Of a stretch of 40,552 bases of DNA, positions 35,366-40,552 are shown piece by piece. The position numbers and the translations under genes are program-made. The notes beneath the pieces were generated by a model. The model was given only the letters and a program-made list of their open reading frames with translations, was not told the DNA's origin and ran no database searches. Every line of letters starts with the position of its first letter. Position 1 is the first letter of the stretch. The DNA comes from Deltaproteobacteria bacterium (lineage in GTDB: Bacteria; Myxococcota_A; Bradymonadia; REDH01): positions 1 to 40,552 of the forward strand of contig JABMMX010000056.1 of assembly GCA_013205435.1 (NCBI GenBank), given 5' to 3'.

Positions 35366-36525
35366 CGCTTCGACAGCGTCGTCTCGATATCGAACAGGCC
35401 TGCGTTGAGGTAGGCGACGCCCCGCGCCTCCTCCGAAAGCACCGACGCAAAGAAGGCAGTCACCAGCGCGGCCGTCGTCCGCCGCGCGGCTCCATTCTCC
35501 ACATAGGTGAAGGGTGCACGCCCAGTCATCCGGCGGCCATCACCGCACCCCGCCGCAAACTCTGCAGTCAGACCGCACAGGTCAGACGGGCTCCAGTGGC
35601 CCGCATCGGCCAGCTCCACAAGCCAGCTCGGCGAGGCTGCCGCAGCGTGGTTGTTGCGAATGAACCGGTTGCTGAGCTCGGTGATGCTGTTGTCTTCCCG
35701 CGCCAGCAGAAAGAGGGTCGGGAGCGACAGCGCCGCCATCGTCGGCCCGGGCAGCAGCGGGCTCTCCATGGGTGCCGCCAGCGCCACGACAGCCTTCACA
35801 CCCGGCAGGCGCTCGCCCGTCCATGCCGCCGTCGCCGCCCCGAAACTATGGCCCATCACACCCATCCGAGCCGCATCGAACCGCAGCCCAGACGCAGCGA
35901 ACGGACCGGCCTCGTCGAAGGCGGCTGCAGCAGTGAAGAGCATGTCCTCCACCCGCGTGTCGAGGAAGGCCGCATTGATGGGAGCTGGGGTGCCCGACCG
36001 GTGCGCAAAGAGGGTGTTACCCGCATGGTCGGGGGCCACCACCGCGAAGCCATAGGAGGCGAGCTGTTCGGCCACCGTGAAGAGCTCGAAACGGGTGCAA
36101 CCGTGGCAGTGCGAGAAGAAGATGACGGGGAGCGGGCTGCTCCCGGCGGGCGCGGCATCGCGGATGGCCTGCGTCGATCCGGTCGCGCAGCCTTCTGGTG
36201 ATGCCGGATAGAGCTGTTCGAGCAGCGTGCGCTCCTCAGCGTTCGTGGCGAAGTCGAGAACGGCGGAGGCCGAACCCTCTGCGACCGTCGGATACCAGAC
36301 CTCGGCTGTCCAGGAGCGCGAGCGGGTGGCGTCGCTCAGCGGAAGGCTGCGCACCCCCACGCGAAAGGGGCCTGGGGCCGCAAAGTCAAAGGCAACAATG
36401 CCAGAGCCGTCGCTGCTGCCGGAGCCGCCGCCGCTGCCGGAGCCGTTGCTGTTCGCAGCATCTGCGCATCCGCACACACCAAGAAACAGAGAGAACATGA
36501 GAGAGAGATGGCCCCACTTTTTCAT
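35362..36525 (-). CDS. Alpha/beta hydrolase lipoprotein (PAF-acetylhydrolase/chlorophyllase-like)
   Basis: Lipobox GVCG-C; PGPFRVG, EVWYP, PVIFFSH, LASYGFAVVAPDH, nucleophile GHSFG, Asp (EDNSI) and His (AGHW). Confidence 0.85.
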   Translation of the reverse strand: MKKWGHLSLMFSLFLGVCGCADAANSNGSGSGGGSGSSDGSGIVAFDFAAPGPFRVGVRSLPLSDATRSRSWTAEVWYPTVAEGSASAVLDFATNAEERTLLEQLYPASPEGCATGSTQAIRDAAPAGSSPLPVIFFSHCHGCTRFELFTVAEQLASYGFAVVAPDHAGNTLFAHRSGTPAPINAAFLDTRVEDMLFTAAAAFDEAGPFAASGLRFDAARMGVMGHSFGAATAAWTGERLPGVKAVVALAAPMESPLLPGPTMAALSLPTLFLLAREDNSITELSNRFIRNNHAAAASPSWLVELADAGHWSPSDLCGLTAEFAAGCGDGRRMTGRAPFTYVENGAARRTTAALVTAFFASVLSEEARGVAYLNAGLFDIETTLSKR

Positions 36526-36644
36526 TCTGACTCCCGCGGCCGTTCGACAAAAATCGGAACCGAATCCTCGTTACATGCCGCCAATCCGTTTGGGTTGGCG
36601 ACACGCTTGTGGTAGACGCAAGAGAGCCAAGCCGCGAGGTGATT

Positions 36645-37565
36645 GTGTCGACCGAGAACGCCAAACAGACCCGACAGATCACGCTTGTCCGCTCCATCAC
36701 GCTGCCCGGGCAGGAGCAGAAGTTTGATGCCTGCCTGCTCGGTCTTTCGGGCCGTGACATGGGCCGCCGCTTCCTGCTCGCCCAGCGAAAAATCACCATC
36801 GGACGGTCCGAGCAGGCCGACGTCACCATCGATGACGACGACGCGTCGAGGCTCCACTGCGAGATCATCGCGCATCCCGCAGGCGTGATGCTCCAAGATC
36901 TCCAGAGCACCAACGGAACCAAGGTCAACGGCCAGCGGGTCGCGCAGCAGCTGCTTGTCGACGGCGACCAGATCCAGATTGGCGGTTCGGTCTTCCGCTT
37001 CACGCGCGCGAACCACGTCGAGGCCCACTACTTCGACGAGATGTTCCGCCTCACGAACACCGACCCGCTCACGGGCGTCTATAACAAGCGCTACTTCCTG
37101 AGCATGCTCGAACGCGAGCTCGCCCGCGCGGAGCGATACAGGCGTGAATCCGCGGTCCTCATGCTCGACCTCGACTTCTTCAAGAAGGTCAACGACACCT
37201 TCGGCCATGTCGCAGGCGATGCCGTGCTCGTGGAGGCGGCGAAGCGGATCGGGGCTGAGCTAACAAGCGAAGACCTGTTGGCCCGGTTCGGCGGTGAAGA
37301 GTTTGTGGTGCTGCTCGACCAGACCACGCTTGCCGAAGCGGCGCTGGTGGCAGAACGCATCCGCGCCAGCATTGCCGCCTCGCCCATGCTCCACGCGGGC
37401 GCGACGATCCCCGTTACCACCTCCATCGGTGTGAGCGGCCTGCAGGAGGTCGCAGGCGGAGACGACGCTGCCTCACGCACGCAGCGGGTCGAGGCGCTCC
37501 TCACCCTTGCCGACACCAAACTCTACGAGGCCAAAAATGCAGGTCGAAATCGCGTCGTTGTCTAG
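36645..37565 (+). CDS. FHA domain-containing diguanylate cyclase
   Basis: FHA motifs IGRS, ASRLH, DLQSTNGT.VNG; GGDEF domain TDPLTGVYNKRYF, DLDFFKKVNDTFGH, RFGGEEF, AKNAGRN. Start is uncertain (36609, 36639 or 36645). Confidence 0.93.
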   Translation: MSTENAKQTRQITLVRSITLPGQEQKFDACLLGLSGRDMGRRFLLAQRKITIGRSEQADVTIDDDDASRLHCEIIAHPAGVMLQDLQSTNGTKVNGQRVAQQLLVDGDQIQIGGSVFRFTRANHVEAHYFDEMFRLTNTDPLTGVYNKRYFLSMLERELARAERYRRESAVLMLDLDFFKKVNDTFGHVAGDAVLVEAAKRIGAELTSEDLLARFGGEEFVVLLDQTTLAEAALVAERIRASIAASPMLHAGATIPVTTSIGVSGLQEVAGGDDAASRTQRVEALLTLADTKLYEAKNAGRNRVVV

Positions 37566-38559
37566 CCTCCGGCTGCTCCCCTCGCTCCTCCTTCTTCTCG
37601 CTGCTTGCGGTGCCGAGGAGACGGCCTCTAACGAGGCCAATGCGGTCAACGACAGCGGCAGCGACGGCTCCGCTGACGGCAGCGGCACTCCCGAGTGCAT
37701 CACCTTCGCAGGCTCCGGCGAGACGCCCGTCTGCGGCGAACCTGCGACCACCGCGCCGCCCGCGACCGGCCCGGCCCGCGACCCCTCCTGCGGTGCCTCC
37801 TCCAAGTGGGTGACCAGCATCTCGGGCACCATCCTCGACGACGCCGGCGCCCCCGTGCCCTGTGCCAAGGCGCAGGTCTGTGTGCGCGGCGGAAAGCCAG
37901 CCCGCCTCACCTGTCTCCGCCCCGTTGCGACGGCCCAGGACGGCACCTTCACCATTCCGGTCGGAACCGAGGTGCAGTGCATGAGCGAGGCGACGCTCCG
38001 TCTCTTTGCTCCCGCTCGTCCGCTCGCCACCATCTACTGCGGCGTAGACATCGCAGCGGAGGGCGATCTCACCCTCGCCGATACCGGTCGCCTCTTCCGC
38101 CTCCGTGCCCCCGAGAACAGCCCCGACTTCTGCGACAACGCTCTTGCCCAGTCGGTCTCCCTCGATGGCGGGCTTACCGTCGAGGTGCTCCCATCATTGC
38201 TCTCCGATCCCGCCCGCGACCTCCCGCAGCTCTCGGCAACCAAGATCGACCCGACCGCCGAAGGGCTCTGCTTCCTCGGCGCCGACGCGCCTGCCATGCT
38301 CTACGCCTTCGGCCCCGAGACCGACGTTGCGGGCGACGGCTTCGGCTTCTCGCTTCCAAACGACCTAGGCCTTGCCGCCGGCGCGACCGCCAACCTCTAC
38401 ATCCTCGGCGGCCTCTCCACGACCGTGGGTACCGAGAGCGTCAAGGAGGGCGAGTGGCACCTCTACGGCCAGGGCACGGTCTCTGCAGACGGTAACCGTA
38501 TCGTCGCCGACGGTGTGAACGGCCTGCCCTACCTCTCCTGGCTGGGCGTCGCGCCCTAG
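37537..38559 (+). CDS. Hypothetical Cys-rich lipoprotein (carboxypeptidase-regulatory-like beta-sandwich)
   Basis: LLPSLLLLLAA-C lipobox; 'ISGTILDDAGAPV...AQVC...C....T..DGTFTI' pattern; about 10 Cys; overlaps the DGC stop. Confidence 0.72.
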   Translation: MQVEIASLSSLRLLPSLLLLLAACGAEETASNEANAVNDSGSDGSADGSGTPECITFAGSGETPVCGEPATTAPPATGPARDPSCGASSKWVTSISGTILDDAGAPVPCAKAQVCVRGGKPARLTCLRPVATAQDGTFTIPVGTEVQCMSEATLRLFAPARPLATIYCGVDIAAEGDLTLADTGRLFRLRAPENSPDFCDNALAQSVSLDGGLTVEVLPSLLSDPARDLPQLSATKIDPTAEGLCFLGADAPAMLYAFGPETDVAGDGFGFSLPNDLGLAAGATANLYILGGLSTTVGTESVKEGEWHLYGQGTVSADGNRIVADGVNGLPYLSWLGVAP

Positions 38560-38600
38560 CGGGATTCGTCGCGCAGCAGACCAGGCTACTGGAGGGCGCC

Positions 38601-38640
38601 AAAACGGCAGGCGGCCCGGGACGCGAGGTCGAGGGCCGCC
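38601..38640 (-). terminator. Hairpin between convergent genes (possible terminator)
   Basis: GGCGGCCC (38610-38617) / GGGCCGCC (38633-38640) 8-bp stem; short T4 tract on the minus strand at 38601-38604. Confidence 0.4.
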
Positions 38641-38670
38641 GAGAACGAGGCGCCTTGCGGCGCTCAGGCC

Positions 38671-39852
38671 CTATTCGATGGTGAACTCGTAGGAGGCGCT
38701 GGCGCTGCTGTAACCGTAGACAGCGACGTAGGCGGGGCCAGTGTAGCTGAGCGACTCGGTGCCGGTCGTCTCCTGGCTGACAAGGTCGTTGCCGGCATCA
38801 TCCTTGACGGGACGGTTGTTGGGCACGTCGAGCACGAACATGTCGATGTCACCCGCCGACTGCTCGTAGGTGAGGGTCATCGTCCAGGGGCCAGCCTCGG
38901 TGATCGAGTAGATGTCGGGCGCTGCCGAGCAGATGCCGCCGGTGAAGGAGCCAATACCAACGGGCGTTGCGGTGGTCGCATCGTCGTTGGGCTCGGTGAG
39001 CTCCTCGTCGCCGGGGCCACAGTTGCTGGTGAAGGGAACGGTCGGCGGGCCCCACGAGCCGGCCTCGGGGTCGCGAGCGATCTCAACGAAGTTCAGGTAG
39101 CTGCCGCCCGCGTTCTCAGGGTTGGCGATGACCTGCATGTCGCGGACGCGAATCACGTAGGCGCTCGGGAAGGCGTTCACCTCGCCGAGGGTGTGGAAGT
39201 AGTTGGCGTGGTTGGCGGCGCCGTCGCCGACGGCCCACATGTTGTCCGGGGCGACACCGTTGAGAGTGGCATGCTGGGTTACAAAGCGCTTGGCCTCAGC
39301 ATTGCTGGCCGGCGCGCCCGAGGTGTCTTCAAAGTTCACGACGACGAAGAGACCGCCCTCGGCCTTGAACTCCTCTGCTACGCGAGAGGCGAAGGCGATC
39401 TCGGCGGGGCAGTACTGGCACCACGAGGCAACCACGATGATCGCGAGCGTGTCGATTGGCGCCTCGGTCGACATCGGGTCGGCGCAGGTCTGGTTCTCGA
39501 AGAGCTTGTAGAAGTCGACATCGCCGGCCGCCTGGGTGCCGACGTTGGTCGCGCCGCGCCAGAAGAGGTCCTTCACGGTGTCGCCAAGCTGAAGACCTTC
39601 AGCTGCGCCGAGGTTGGGGTAGACGGGACGGCAGGCGCCGGTGCCCGTATCGGTTGTGCCGCTGTCGGTCTCGGTCGTGCCGGTGTCGGTCGTGCCAGTG
39701 TCTTCGGTCGTGGCGCCCGAGCCGCTGGTGCCGGTGTCGGCTGTGCCGCCGCCGCCGCCCGATCCGCCGCGGTTCGTCGCCGCATCATCGCTGCTGCAGC
39801 CGGCAGCCGAAATCATCACAAGCAGGCTCAACGTCAGACTCTTACGGACCAT
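38671..39852 (-). CDS. TlpA/redoxin-like lipoprotein with C-terminal PPC domain
   Basis: MVRKSLTLSLLVMISAAG-C lipobox; Gly/Thr/Asp linker; ASWCQYC; cis-Pro AFP; EPNDD...DIY...GDIDMFV...YVAVYGY PPC-type domain. Confidence 0.82.
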   Translation of the reverse strand: MVRKSLTLSLLVMISAAGCSSDDAATNRGGSGGGGGTADTGTSGSGATTEDTGTTDTGTTETDSGTTDTGTGACRPVYPNLGAAEGLQLGDTVKDLFWRGATNVGTQAAGDVDFYKLFENQTCADPMSTEAPIDTLAIIVVASWCQYCPAEIAFASRVAEEFKAEGGLFVVVNFEDTSGAPASNAEAKRFVTQHATLNGVAPDNMWAVGDGAANHANYFHTLGEVNAFPSAYVIRVRDMQVIANPENAGGSYLNFVEIARDPEAGSWGPPTVPFTSNCGPGDEELTEPNDDATTATPVGIGSFTGGICSAAPDIYSITEAGPWTMTLTYEQSAGDIDMFVLDVPNNRPVKDDAGNDLVSQETTGTESLSYTGPAYVAVYGYSSASASYEFTIE

Positions 39853-39904
39853 GTGCAGACTCCCGAAAAATTGCGCTCTGGCACCACAATAGGGCCGTGC
39901 GGAA

Positions 39905-39934
39905 TTGACCAAAGGCACCCTGCCACACTAGAAA
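39905..39934 (+). promoter_or_regulatory. Possible sigma70-type promoter in the divergent intergenic region
   Basis: TTGACC (39905-39910), 18-nt spacer, TAGAAA (39929-39934) upstream of ATG 39975. Confidence 0.3.
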
Positions 39935-39974
39935 AGTTGTCGCAAGCGCACGCCGCACTTTTTGGTGATTCCTC

Positions 39975-40552
39975 ATGAACTTTGCCGCATTCCGACTCGC
40001 CCTCCCCGCTGCCCTGCTGCTTTCGACGCTGACCGGCTGCGAAGATGCTGGCGCCTGCGGCGAAGTCACCGCCGTTCCGCGGCCGACCTACCCTGCTGCG
40101 CCCTACGGCACAGCCGCCGGCACGACCCTCGCGAACCTCTCCTTTGCCGACCCGGACGGCACCTCCACCGTAGACCTGCAGAGCCTCCGCGCCGCGGGCG
40201 ACAAGCGGCTCCTTCTCGTCATCACCTCTGCTGGCTGGTGCTCGGCCTGCATCGAGGAGCAGCCCGAACTTAACCGGCTCTACGACACCTACAAAGGTTG
40301 TGGTCTCGAGGTGCTGCTCTCGGTCTTCGAAGATAACCAGACCAACCCGGCCACGCCTGCCGTCGCTGCCCAGTGGAAGAGAAGCTACAGCAACACCTTC
40401 CCCGTCGTCGCTGACGCACCCTTTGTGCTCAAAGACTACTACGACGAAAGCTACACGCCGATGGTCATGTTCGTCGACCTCGAGACCATGGAAATCCTCA
40501 GTATCTCCACCGGCCAGGTGGACCAATCGACGGAAGGGTTCATCCAACAGCA
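39975..40552 (+). CDS. TlpA/redoxin-like lipoprotein (3' truncated; absent from the ORF track)
   Basis: Manual translation: MNFAAFRLALPAALLLSTLTG-C...RPTYPAAPYG...LLLVITSAGWCSACIEEQPEL...FED...FPVVAD...YTPMVMFVD; open to the window end. Confidence 0.88.
   Translation, partial: MNFAAFRLALPAALLLSTLTGCEDAGACGEVTAVPRPTYPAAPYGTAAGTTLANLSFADPDGTSTVDLQSLRAAGDKRLLLVITSAGWCSACIEEQPELNRLYDTYKGCGLEVLLSVFEDNQTNPATPAVAAQWKRSYSNTFPVVADAPFVLKDYYDESYTPMVMFVDLETMEILSISTGQVDQSTEGFIQQ

Noticed and set aside
36596-36610. Sigma54-like TGGCGA-N5-TTGT upstream of the FHA-GGDEF gene
   Set aside because: The -12 element is GT rather than GC and the -24 match is imperfect; too weak to call.

Overview
GC-rich (visually about 70%, not computed) bacterial chromosomal segment, most consistent with a Myxococcota/Bradymonadales-like Gram-negative organism (inferred from the zinc-ribbon/GYF_2 membrane protein, FHA-GGDEF protein and many Cys-rich lipoproteins). 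It is densely coding and mostly core genome. It holds a translationally coupled minus-strand operon nadA - cysteine desulfurase - MBL hydrolase - TamA/BamA-like lipoprotein - TamB, then RNase D, a divergent mtnB/aminotransferase pair, an MDR oxidoreductase, acyl-CoA dehydrogenase, typA, a def-fmt-(degenerate homoserine kinase-like)-rsmB-rpe-FAH-maiA operon, tRNA-Pro(CGG), an FHA-GGDEF cyclase and a divergent pair of paralogous TlpA-like lipoproteins. No mobile element, CRISPR array or rRNA was seen. The most unusual signals are in the accessory proteins: (i) a lipoprotein with two tandem beta-defensin-like six-Cys modules on an Asp/Thr stalk; (ii) a membrane protein with clustered NPF/DPF motifs and an apparently cytoplasmic beta-helix; (iii) a [TS]G-x-x-P-x-[VI] heptad repeated in the zinc-ribbon protein and shared by two other membrane-anchored proteins, plus repeated T-hydrophobic motifs, suggesting a pThr/FHA scaffold network; (iv) a catalytically eroded homoserine-kinase-like gene inserted between fmt and rsmB. 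Family calls come from motif recognition only; no database searches were run.
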